From: an uncultured delta proteobacterium
GTDB taxonomy: Bacteria > Desulfobacterota > WTBG01
Length of the DNA stretch: 64,000 bases
Direction of reading: 5' to 3'
NCBI GenBank assembly: GCA_963793865.1
Contig: CAWCBP010000010.1
Coordinates: 1 to 64,000, forward strand
In this document: positions 12,366-21,775 of the stretch, piece by piece
Numbering within the stretch: the stretch's first letter is position 1
Layout of the letters: each line of letters starts with the position of its first letter
Position numbers and translations under genes: made by a program
Notes under the pieces: generated by a model
What the model was told of the DNA's origin: nothing
The model's database searches: none
What the model saw: the letters and a program-made list of their open reading frames with translations, nothing else

Positions 12366-13809
12366 TTAGGCTGCGCCTGAACCCCGGATGACTGCAGGGA
12401 TGGTCTTGGCCAGTATTTTGAAATCCAGCCAGAGAGACCAGTTATCGATGTACTCCTTGTCAAGCTCCATCCACCTTTCAAAGGGTACATTGCTTCTGCC
12501 GTTTACCTGCCAGAGACAGGTGATGCCGGGTTTCATGCTCAGCCGTCTTCTGTCCCTCCATTTATACTGTTCCACCTCCGTCGGGATTGGCGGCCGGGGG
12601 CCAACCAGGCTCATGTTACCTATTAAGACATTAATAAGCTGCGGCAGTTCATCAATGCTCATTTTGCGCAGCCATTTGCCAACCCTTGTCAGCCGGGGAT
12701 CATTTTTAATTTTGAATACCGGCCCGGATACTTCATTGAGTTCCGCAAGTTGATCTCTCAATTCCTCGGCATTCGGGGTCATGGTTCTGAATTTGAAAAG
12801 CTTAAACCTTCGCTTATTGAGTCCGACCCTTTCCTGGATAAAAAAGATCGGTCCCCTGGAATCAAGCTTGATCAGCAGGGATACAAGGAGAAAAAGGGGC
12901 AATAAAAGAAATAATGCAATAGAGGAGACTGCGTATATCAAGAGTCCTTTTGACCACGAGATGCCACTGTTCTATAGGAACCGTATGAAGAGTCAGCAGC
13001 GGGGTTCCATCCAGGTTGATCAATATAGGATTTGGCAATTTTCAAGTCAAAGAGGTCGGAGAGAAACCGGATGATGATGCCCTGCTGCTCGCACAGATTG
13101 ATGATGGCGCTGATTTTATCATAATGTGATTTTACCGGCAGGCTTATCACAACTTCATCAATCACATTTTTCCCCAGGATTTCCTGAAAATCATTCAGAC
13201 TGCCCAGGTGCCGCCACCCGTTGCCTTGAAATTTTTCCAACCCGCTCCACGGATCATCAATAAATCCCCTGATGTTATATCCCAATTCAGGACTCTGTTT
13301 CACTTTTCTTGCAAAGTCCTGCGCGCGTTCGCCCGTGCCGATGATAACCATCTGCCGTGTATTGCGACCGCAGAAGCCGCATATTCTTAAGTAAAACATG
13401 GAGCACAATTCTTGAAGTAATCAGGATTGACGTGCTGAGGACCCAGAAGGTGACAAGAAACGGTATATCGATGAGCGCATATTTTAAATATATAACCCGA
13501 GGTAAGCAGCAGAAATGTTGAAACGGTGGTTACCTTCAGTATGTCGATGATTTCCTGCAACCGTGTGCTCATTCTTCTGGAACGGTATAAACCAACCATT
13601 CTGAAGGTAATCTGCCATGCCAGAAAAAGCACGAGGAGAATAAATAAATTCTGGATTTTAACCCGGGAGGAGAGAAACTGTTCAATGGGAACGGAGCTGG
13701 AAGCCTCCATGGAAGCAAGCAGGCTGGTGAGGGCGAAGGAAAACACCATCGCTGCTATGTCGAACACCTTGTTGAACTTCATCAGCAGCTGTCTTCGTAA
13801 AGTGGGCAT
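12366..13809 (-). CDS. Priming polyprenyl glycosylphosphotransferase (WcaJ/WbaP-like), frameshifted
   Basis: N-terminal TM part, CoA-binding-like middle, and Bac_transf C-terminus (FKFRTM, DPRLTRVG, SIDELPQL, MSLVGPRP, KPGIT). Confidence 0.9.
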
Positions 13810-14027
13810 ATTTTAGTCCACGGTCACAGTTCAGGGTGAAAACCTAAACAACGGTTCACGAAGATCACAGAGAACAGGGAGAAACAATTCAGCGTTTAAA
13901 GTCATCAACCAATTTGTGCGTAGAACAACATGGGTCATCAGTGGTTTCGTGGTCGTGTCAAAAACAGGGTACAGGGAACAGAGGGGTCAGGGTCGGTGAG
14001 GCGGCCTTATGCATCCTGCATCCGTCT

Positions 14028-14778
14028 TCACAGCATTCTGTACGCCCAATTGGGGATGTACATTTTGCGGCGGTTTAAGACGGCGCCCAAAATTTTTACC
14101 TTCTCGCTCTCAATGCGCTCGCTTGGCGCTCTGGGCGACTTCCCAGCGGGTGCTTTCGGCCTGGAGGACCATGATTACCCCATCCATTTTGGCCGCCAGG
14201 GTGCTGGCGTCATTGTATGAATGAATGGGTGGTGCGTCAAAGAGCACCCAGTCGGCCTGCTGCTTCATCTGCTCCAGCAATGAGTCGAGCAGCTTTGACT
14301 GAAAGATGGAAGAAGCATTTGAGGGCGTCACGCCGCTGGTAATGACAGAGAGGTTTGGGATCTCCGTTTTTTTGATGGTATCCGCGAGCGCCTTTCCACC
14401 GGTCAAAAGCTCTGTCAGGCCGGTTTTTTTCTCCAGATTAAACGAGTCATGCAGGACCGGGTTCCTCACATTGGCATCAACCAAAAGGACCGTGTCGCCG
14501 GTAGAAGCCAATGTTACTGCAAAGTCGCGGGTAACGGTTGAAGTGCCCTCTCCTTCCCGGGAGCTGGAGAAGAGCACGGTTTTTATCCTTCTGTCTGGAT
14601 TGGCGTTCAGGATGAGCTGCTTCATCCGGTGGTATTCTTCCGCCACCTGGGGAGATAATTTGTAATTCTTGGGAATGCTGATCTGTGCCTGGGGCCTGAT
14701 ATCAAAGACCTTGGCCTCCTCAGGTTTGATCTGGTGTTCCTTTTCCGCCTTCATCAAAGCTTCAAATGTCTTTGCCAA
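14028..14778 (-). CDS. CpsD/CapB family BY-kinase domain (Wzc C-terminal)
   Basis: AEEY, SS..GEGTST (variant Walker A), LLVDAN.RNP, FDAPP; after a frameshift it ends ...GAVLNRRKMYIPNWAYRML* at 14028. Confidence 0.85.
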
Positions 14779-14811
14779 AAGGGCCTCCTACATAGAAAAT
14801 TCTAAATACTG

Positions 14812-14932
14812 AACCACGAAGCGCACGAAGAAAAACAAGCACGAAGATCACGAAGAAAGACTAACAAGAACTACGAAGAGTCCTGCGTATACAAAATTGT
14901 TTGTTCAGTAAACAAACACCTTTGTATACGCA
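14812..14932. repeat. CACGAAG left arm plus class I hairpin (half element)
   Basis: AACCACGAAGcgCACGAAG... followed by the stem TGCGTATACAAA/TTTGTATACGCA (14884-14932). Confidence 0.8.
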
Positions 14933-15007
14933 CTTCAGCTTTGCAGAATTGTTCTTTCAGTGTCTGGGCAATTTCCTCGTATATGAACTACTAAAATAAA
15001 AACGTTT

Positions 15008-15591
15008 ACCACGAAGGGCACGAAGAAAAAACAAAAGCTAAGAGCACGAAGAAAAACAAGAACGAAGTTTCTGGCGTATGCACAAATGTTTGGAAAACAA
15101 TTGCGCATACGCTAGAAAACTTACATGACCATTCGCTTGATCCCGGATTTGAGTTGCTTAACGTTAAAATTAATCAGTAGGCCTACTTTTAGTCCCGTCG
15201 ATTTCATATAGGACAACAATTGCGCTTCATGTATGGGTAGAATATGCTCTATGGCCTTCAAGCTCCAGGATCAAAAAATTGTCAATCACTAGATCAAGTC
15301 GCTGACCGGGTATAGCTATTTCCTTATAAGGGACTAAAATTTCAACTTCTTTCTCAAAAGGTATACCCAGTGATTCGAGTTCATAACAGAGGGCGCGTTC
15401 ATAAATGCTTTCCAGAAACCCGGGTCCCAATTGTTTATGAACTTCAATAGCCGCTCCAATTACCCTGCTTATTAATTTCTCTTTATCCTCCGGTAACGTG
15501 CTTGCAACACTCAAATACTTCGCTTTCTCTTCTGCTAACCCAGTCATCTTCGTGCTCTTCGTGTCTTCTCCTTCGTGTGCTTCGTGGTTCA
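15008..15591. mobile_element. Putative GxxExxY-carrying element with CACGAAG/CTTCGTG inverted terminal arrays
   Basis: Left arm from 15008, hairpin 15067-15120, GxxExxY gene, right arm 15548-15591; mobility is inferred. Confidence 0.6.
15121..15547 (-). CDS. GxxExxY protein (PD-(D/E)XK-like nuclease family), one frameshift
   Basis: IGAAIEVHKQLGPGFLESIYERAL, RLDLVID..LILELK, then HEAQLLSYMKSTGLKVGLLINFNVKQLKSGIKRMVM* ending at 15121. Confidence 0.9.
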
Positions 15592-17043
15592 GTTTCCTCT
15601 AATTTCGGGAATTGTCGCAAGCACGGGGACTCCCAGTTTGCTCTTGACCTCCGAGCTGCTATTGAAGGTGTGATTTAAATACTCCGAGGAGAAGGCGATG
15701 CCGAGGGCGGCGAAGGAGCCGAGGATGAAAGAGAGCAAAATGTTGAGCAGCTTCTTCGGCTTTACCGGCTTGATGGGCGGCTGGGCCGGCTCGATCACGC
15801 TGATGTTGGCGATCTTCTGGCTGTCCATGGCGTCGGATATCCGGGCCTCTTCCATGTTCTTAATGTAGAGCTGGTAATTTTCCTCGTTCAGCTTTACTTC
15901 GCGCTCCAGCTCTTTCAGGCGCAGCTCAATGGTGTTGATCCTGTCCAATTCCTGCTGATAGCCCGCAAGGTGCTTTTGCTGGCTTCCCTCCTTGCCCCTC
16001 AAGGCATTCAGGTTGTGGGTGATGCTGTTCACCGCCTTGTCATGGTAGGTTCTCTCTTCTCTATTCAGCAGCTCCTGGGCGGTCTCTATTTCTTTCCTGA
16101 CGTTGGTGACCATGATGCTCTCTTCGGTATACTTGGAGAGCAGCTCTTCTTCCTTCATCTTCAATTCAGCAAGCCTGCTTCTGATGGAGCTGATGGCGTA
16201 GGGGTTAAGTTCTGTCTCAGTCCCCAGTTTGAGCTCCGCGAGGTTTGCGGATGCCCCTGCCTTGAGGGCATACATTTTACCCTCGTTTTCGCTGATTTCA
16301 CCCCGGGTCCTGGCCAGCTCCGTTTCAAGGTCTGATATCTGCTTGAGCAGTAGGGTTTTCTGCTCCTGCAATGAAGAAATATTGTTGCCCCGCCTGATAC
16401 CCTCGAGCTCATTTTCAGAGTCTTTCAGCTTCTGCTCCAGCAATTTGACCTGGTCATCAAAAAAACTGTACTGCTGCGACTGCTTGTAGACGGTCAGGTG
16501 GTGATCCAGGAAGGCATCTATCAGCGTATTTACCGATTGAGCGGCAATTGCGGGATCCCTGTGTTCGAATTTTATCTCGATCACATCTGATTTTTTCACC
16601 CCTTCTATAGTGAGCTTCTTCTCAAAGGCGAGGGTTGCCTTCTCAAGAGGTGTCAGCTGCTTTGCCCAGGGTCTGGGGATGAGGGATTTCTTATCGATAT
16701 CGGGGTAAATTGTATTGACACCCAGACTGGTAAGCGCGGTTTCGATAAGATTGCGCCCCTTAAAAATTTCTATCTCCGAATTTAAGCGCTCCTCCCGGGA
16801 GGAATCGAAGAGAATGGGCTGGTTGCCGCCGGCCGCGGGACTGGTGGGAGTGAAGACATTTTCCCTGCCGAACTTGACCAGCACCCTGGACGAGGCTTCA
16901 TAGACCGGCGCCGTGAGAAAGGTACCCACGGTGACGGTAATGACAATAGTTAAGAAGATGACGAGCATCTTCGCCTTGTGCTTGAAGAGAATGTTGAGGA
17001 GGTCTCTTAGGGAGCCGAGAGGTGTGGCTTCGTTTTCGTTCAT
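15589..17043 (-). CDS. Polysaccharide chain-length determinant (Wzz/GumC, Wzc N-terminal)
   Basis: N- and C-terminal TM segments, PVYEASSRVLV, coiled coil, ISVIEPAQPP..P..PKK, LGVPVLATIP. Confidence 0.9.
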   Translation of the reverse strand: MNENEATPLGSLRDLLNILFKHKAKMLVIFLTIVITVTVGTFLTAPVYEASSRVLVKFGRENVFTPTSPAAGGNQPILFDSSREERLNSEIEIFKGRNLIETALTSLGVNTIYPDIDKKSLIPRPWAKQLTPLEKATLAFEKKLTIEGVKKSDVIEIKFEHRDPAIAAQSVNTLIDAFLDHHLTVYKQSQQYSFFDDQVKLLEQKLKDSENELEGIRRGNNISSLQEQKTLLLKQISDLETELARTRGEISENEGKMYALKAGASANLAELKLGTETELNPYAISSIRSRLAELKMKEEELLSKYTEESIMVTNVRKEIETAQELLNREERTYHDKAVNSITHNLNALRGKEGSQQKHLAGYQQELDRINTIELRLKELEREVKLNEENYQLYIKNMEEARISDAMDSQKIANISVIEPAQPPIKPVKPKKLLNILLSFILGSFAALGIAFSSEYLNHTFNSSSEVKSKLGVPVLATIPEIRGN

Positions 17044-17114
17044 TAGGTTTGGCTGGTTTGCTAGTTAGCTAGTTTGCTGGTTACAGGTACATGATACAGG
17101 AAGAAACAATTTAC

Positions 17115-17290
17115 AACCACGAAGATCACGAAGAAAAACAGAAGAGTCACGAAGTTGTTAGCGTATTCAAATCAGTTTGGCAGTACACCGAGCAGATTTG
17201 CATACTACGACTCTATGACTTCGTGTCTTCGTGCAACACCCTTTGTGTTGTCGTGTCGCTTCCGCTTATCTCTTCGTGTCCTTCGTGGTT
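17115..17290. repeat. Empty CACGAAG palindromic element
   Basis: AACCACGAAGatCACGAAGA ... TCTTCGTGtcCTTCGTGGTT with an internal imperfect hairpin. Confidence 0.85.
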
Positions 17291-17311
17291 GCAAGTTTGG
17301 CATTTCAGTGC

Positions 17312-18106
17312 TTAGGATTTGTTTTTCAGCCAGACCCTCAGCATCTTCATCACTCCACATTTGTATCTCCTTTTGTAATTATCATTATTGTCTTCAGAAT
17401 GAAGTTCATATTGGAAGTTGAGGCCTATGCGGGGCGGAATGAAATTATAAATGTGTTTCATAAACTCATCTGCCCGGGCCAGGTTGGTTTTGGGGACATA
17501 GACCATATCAAAGGGCTTGAGCAGGTAATCGTTCTCGGGAAGAGCTCCCTCAAGGGCCTGCTTGAGATCAACCTTTCTTACCTGTGGGGCGTTCTCAGGT
17601 CCTCTGCTTACAATCATGACGCTGGACATCTTGGCATTGTCCTTGAAGCCGCCCGCGTTGAATATGGCCTGCAGGGCGTTGACCCTTCCCACAACTTCAA
17701 GCACCTGGGGAGAATTGACCTCACCTCCCACATAAATCCGCTGGCCGCCGAACTCTTTAATGATCACCGTCAGCGTGGCCTGCTTCAGCTGGGTCGCGTA
17801 CTGTTTGGTGAGCAGCTCGTCCAGTTGCGCGGGCGTGAGGCCGGCCGCCTGGACTTCTTCAATCAGCTGCAGGGATATTTTACCGTCGGGACGGATGGTA
17901 ACATTTTCATTCAGCTCGGGATTGTAGAAGAACTTTATGTCCAGGTTATCCCCGGGCTGCAGATAATAATCGCCGGCAGTCTCCTGGTAGACGGGCGCCG
18001 CTTCCGCGGGAAGGGCAGTGGTGTTTTTTCCGCCGCCGCACCCCATCATGCAGATGAGTCCAAGAATAACCGCGCAGTTCGTGAGCGAGAAATGCTTTTT
18101 CACCAT
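17312..18106 (-). CDS. Polysaccharide export lipoprotein (Wza/OPX family)
   Basis: Lipobox MMGC, YYLQPGD.LDI, IRPDGKISLQLI, IYVGGEV, LKPFDMVYVPK. Confidence 0.9.
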   Translation of the reverse strand: MVKKHFSLTNCAVILGLICMMGCGGGKNTTALPAEAAPVYQETAGDYYLQPGDNLDIKFFYNPELNENVTIRPDGKISLQLIEEVQAAGLTPAQLDELLTKQYATQLKQATLTVIIKEFGGQRIYVGGEVNSPQVLEVVGRVNALQAIFNAGGFKDNAKMSSVMIVSRGPENAPQVRKVDLKQALEGALPENDYLLKPFDMVYVPKTNLARADEFMKHIYNFIPPRIGLNFQYELHSEDNNDNYKRRYKCGVMKMLRVWLKNKS

Positions 18107-18237
18107 TAACCTCTTAAAGTGATTTGTGCTTACTGCTGATTATCTATGGTTCTGGCTTTATTTAGTTTTCACATCTGAAAATTAGTATTAAATACAATAG
18201 ATATAATGCATTATTATACTGCAACACATGATTAAAA

Positions 18238-18253
18238 AGCAATAGAAATGCCA
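18238..18253 (-). promoter_or_regulatory. Sigma54 -24/-12 promoter upstream of the wza-led EPS operon
   Basis: Minus strand TGGCATTTCTATTGCT (GG-N10-GC) in an AT-rich intergenic region about 130 bp upstream of wza. Confidence 0.65.
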
Positions 18254-18507
18254 TTTGCGGCAAAAAAAACATTATTATGGGGAAAGCATCAAACTACTTG
18301 AAAAATATGTTTATTTATAGTTGCGGTTCAATATCTATCAATAGGCAATTAAGTTACTATAATATTATTAATTGTTCTTAGAGGAACATAAAATTACTGC
18401 AGCAAAGAGCGCTGGAAATAAAATGGAATAATAATATACAGTTAGATATAAAGCGTACCCCTGTTACTTATGTTTCTTTTGGAACACTAACCGCAGATTG
18501 AGAAAAT

Positions 18508-20104
18508 TCAGGAAAGCTGACCGGGAATGAAGATGACTCCCTGTTTTATAAGAAGATTTGCAGCATCCAGGGCCTCATCACGCGTGGCAAAGCTGCCGGC
18601 GGTTAAGCGGTACCAGGTGTCTCTGGGTGAAAACTTCTGCGCTTTGATGATGGTGTTCTTCCCCAGGCCGGAAAGCTTTGCGGCACACTGGGCTGCCAGA
18701 TTATGGGTTTCAAAGGTGCCGATGAAGAGAGAGTAGCTTCCGCCGGTTTCCTGGATGAAGGATTCCGGGGTGATCGCGGGCAACCTGATTTTTCTGTTGT
18801 CCGGAATGCTCCTTATGTCGGTTATGCCGGGGTTGGCGTTAAGGATCAGGTCGTACATGGTTGGATTTGCCTTGCCATAGTTTTTTATGGCCAGCGAGTA
18901 AAGGCTCTTGCCTTCTTTTAAAAAGGCGGTCTTGTATACTTTGTTTTTAGGGGCTGACGGTTTCTTTTGCTCCGGCTCCGGGGGCGGAGATCTTCTCAAT
19001 CGCAGGCTTCTGCGCTGCAGGCTGCTGTGGTGCCGGTTCGGGGACGGTGACCGGTTGCGGCGACACTTCAACCGGGGCAGCAGTCTCCGGGGGAGGAGCC
19101 AGTTCGGTCAGCTGAGGCACATTCTCATGGACCGGCTTTTCCCTGAAGAACCCGCGGATGGCCAGGGAAATGACCGCCAGCGCGATGAGCAGGATAATTG
19201 ATACAAGGTAAAAGCGGATGTTCCGCGATGGGGATTCTTTTTCCGCGGGGGGAAGAGGAGTTCCGGTTAGCTCAGGAGCAGGAGCGGGTTTTTTTTCGGT
19301 ATCGCCGTCCAGGTCCCTGATTACCTCTCCTATGATCTTGCCGGTAATCTTTTCTTTAGAAAGACTGTACCCTATCAGGAAGGCATTATCACAGAGGATA
19401 TTGATCATGCGGGGGATCCCCTGGGCATGCTTGCATATGAGTGCCACGGCGTCTGAAGTAAAGACCTGGCCGGTGGTGCTTCCCACCATGTTCAAGCGGT
19501 GATTTATGTATTCCCTGGATTCATCAGGCGTTAAGGGCTTGATGGTTCGCCTGATGCCGATCCGCTGCTTGAGCTGCCGCAGCTCCTGCGAATCCAGCTT
19601 TGCCTCAAGTTCGGGCTGCCCGACCAGCAGAATCTGGATCAGCTTCTGCTTGCAGGTTTCAAGGTTTGAAAGCATGCGCAGCTCTTCCATCACGCTGACC
19701 GGCAGGTTCTGCGCCTCATCGATGATAATGGCCAGGGTTTCATCCCGGGCGATGTTATGAACCATGTGATCGTTCAGCTGCTGCACAAGAATCATCTTAT
19801 CCTCTTTGGTGGTCTTCACATTGAGATCCATGAGGATATATCCGAGCAGCTGCTCAAAGGTGGCGGTGGTGTGGTAGACAAAGGCCGTCTTTACCTTCTC
19901 ATTGAGATTGTTAAGCAGGGTATAGATGAGGGTGGTCTTGCCGGTGCCCACTTCCCCGGTGATGCACACAAAACCCCTGCGCTCATTGATCCCGTAAATC
20001 ATGGAGGCGAGCGCCTCGCGGTGGCTGGGGGTGTAGTAGAGAAACTTGGGATCAGGAGTCAGGTTAAAAGGCTTCTCGGTGAAATTGTAAAAGGAAGTAT
20101 ACAT
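18508..20104 (-). CDS. ExeA/GspA-like AAA ATPase with TM, Pro-rich linker, LysM-like and SPOR domains; frameshifted
   Basis: PFNLTPDP, GEVGTGKTT, IIDEAQNL, LVGQPEL, GIPRMINILCD; C-terminal SLYSLAIKNYG...NPGI and WYRLTAGSFATRDEA. Confidence 0.85.
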
Positions 20105-20151
20105 GGTGGAGTCCTAAGGGTGCAGGGTTCAGGGAACAGGGTGCAGAAAGT

Positions 20152-20400
20152 TAAATATAAATTTAAAAAACTGAACCACGAAGAGCACGAAGAAAAACCA
20201 AAAAGAACCACGAAGGTCACGAAGAAATGCATGAGGCGCACGAAGTTTCCAGCGAAAACAAATTTGTTTAACCACAAATTAGTTTTTGTGGGTCAGGTCT
20301 TGAAATATCGTCTCTTGATGCCGGTTTTCAGTTCTTAACAAAAGTGTCACTTGGCAATTTTATTTCTGCTCTTTCTCTTTGTGCTTTCTTGTGGTTCAAA
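20152..20400. repeat. CACGAAG palindromic element, direct-repeat partner of 21435-21703
   Basis: Long near-identical blocks shared with 21435-21703. Confidence 0.9.
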
Positions 20401-20449
20401 TTTCACTAATGGGGTCAGGTCTTGAAATATCAGTTTATGACCCTGATTC

Positions 20450-21151
20450 CTAAACTTTTTTTATCAGCTCATAGAGCCACTCTGCAAGTTTTTCATAAAA
20501 CTTATACAATTCTTTCATGTCAATCTGTTGAATCATTTTGGGCATGAGAGCAGGGTTCTCTTTAATAAATGCAATACCTGTTTCTAATTGATAGGCCGCA
20601 GTTGGCGGATCATCAAAAATGGCATCTTTTAAGCGGCTTGCCTGGTAAATGCGGTTGACTTCAGGTGCTGAAAAAGATTTAAGGATCATGAAAAGATCTA
20701 TGTAATCTTTTGGTTCTGTCCTGCTCACCACAGCGCAGAACTTGTTTGATACAATATTGTTCATGGTATCGACGAGAAGATAATGTCCGGTATCAAAGGA
20801 GTGTCTTGTGCGCTCTTCATCAGATGAAAGCGGATCTATGACAAAATCAACCTTAACATCTCTGATCAAAAAAGAAAGAAACTGAGCTGCCTCTTTAATC
20901 TTTATGCTCTCTTTGGGCCAGCGGGTTTTTATCCAGAAAGCAATCTCAGCGAGACCCGGGAAATCTTTTGAAAAGAGATCAAGATCATCCGACAATCGGT
21001 GATGCAAGTAGAATACAGAAAGCGCGGTTCCTCCTGTTAGAAAAAAATTCTTCTCGATATCGGGATGTGCAATGAGATTGACGAGCACTTCTCGTTGCAC
21101 AGCAGATGCATAACAGTTTTTATCTTCCTGGCTATTTGCTGTATACTTCAA
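20450..21151 (-). CDS. AbiEii/AbiGii family nucleotidyltransferase toxin
   Basis: FFLTGGTALSVFYLHHRLSDDLDLF, NKFCA..SR.EPKDYIDL. Confidence 0.85.
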   Translation of the reverse strand: MKYTANSQEDKNCYASAVQREVLVNLIAHPDIEKNFFLTGGTALSVFYLHHRLSDDLDLFSKDFPGLAEIAFWIKTRWPKESIKIKEAAQFLSFLIRDVKVDFVIDPLSSDEERTRHSFDTGHYLLVDTMNNIVSNKFCAVVSRTEPKDYIDLFMILKSFSAPEVNRIYQASRLKDAIFDDPPTAAYQLETGIAFIKENPALMPKMIQQIDMKELYKFYEKLAEWLYELIKKV

Positions 21152-21386
21152 TGATTCTGTTCCATTTAAGCCTGATGTACTTGGTAAGTTTCAGGTCAGG
21201 TAAGGTTTCTTTTATCTCATTTATAGTGAAGTATCTCAGCGTGTCAACAACCCTGCCGTGCTCAAGAAACCTGGACATGATCCACCGGCGGGGAGATTTT
21301 TCCTGCGCCTGTTTCAAGAAGTTTTTTAAACCTTCTTCATCTGCGAATTGAGGATAGTCCCAAAAAACGGCTTTTAAGTAGTTCAT
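21132..21386 (-). CDS. Small putative antitoxin (DUF6922-like) upstream of AbiEii
   Basis: 84 aa with FWDY and WIMSRFLEHG motifs; overlaps the toxin start. Confidence 0.65.
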   Translation of the reverse strand: MNYLKAVFWDYPQFADEEGLKNFLKQAQEKSPRRWIMSRFLEHGRVVDTLRYFTINEIKETLPDLKLTKYIRLKWNRIIEVYSK

Positions 21387-21434
21387 TGCGACCAGTTGCC
21401 AATTTGCGGTTGACAGTTTACAGGAAAAACAGGG

Positions 21435-21703
21435 TAAATCTAAATTTAAAAACTGCACCACGAAGAGCACGAAGAAAAACCAAAAAGAACCACGAAGGTC
21501 ACGAAGAAATGCATGAAGCACACGAAGTTTCCAGCGAAAACAAATTTGTTTAACAAACAATTTTGTTTTCGCTGGACAGCTTACATGATCGTTCTCTAGA
21601 TGCCGGTTTTCAATTACTTAACAAAAGTGTCACTTGGCAATTGTTTTCTGCCTTTCTCTTCGTGCTCTTTGTGTCTTATCCTTCGTGCGCTTCGTGGTTC
21701 AAA
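21435..21703. repeat. CACGAAG palindromic element with hairpin and GxxExxY 3' remnant
   Basis: Arms at about 21457-21527 and 21658-21699; hairpin 21530-21576; remnant 21581-21622. Confidence 0.9.
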
Positions 21704-21775
21704 GAGAAGTTTACAGTTGCCGGGAGTTTACGGCTGTCAGGACCCTCCGATATCGTGCATCATGCATCCCCTCCT

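Noticed and set aside
15067..15120. Class I hairpins as integron attC sites
   Set aside because: They lack recognisable RYYYAAC/GTTRRRY ends and no intI is present; the analogy is conceptual only.
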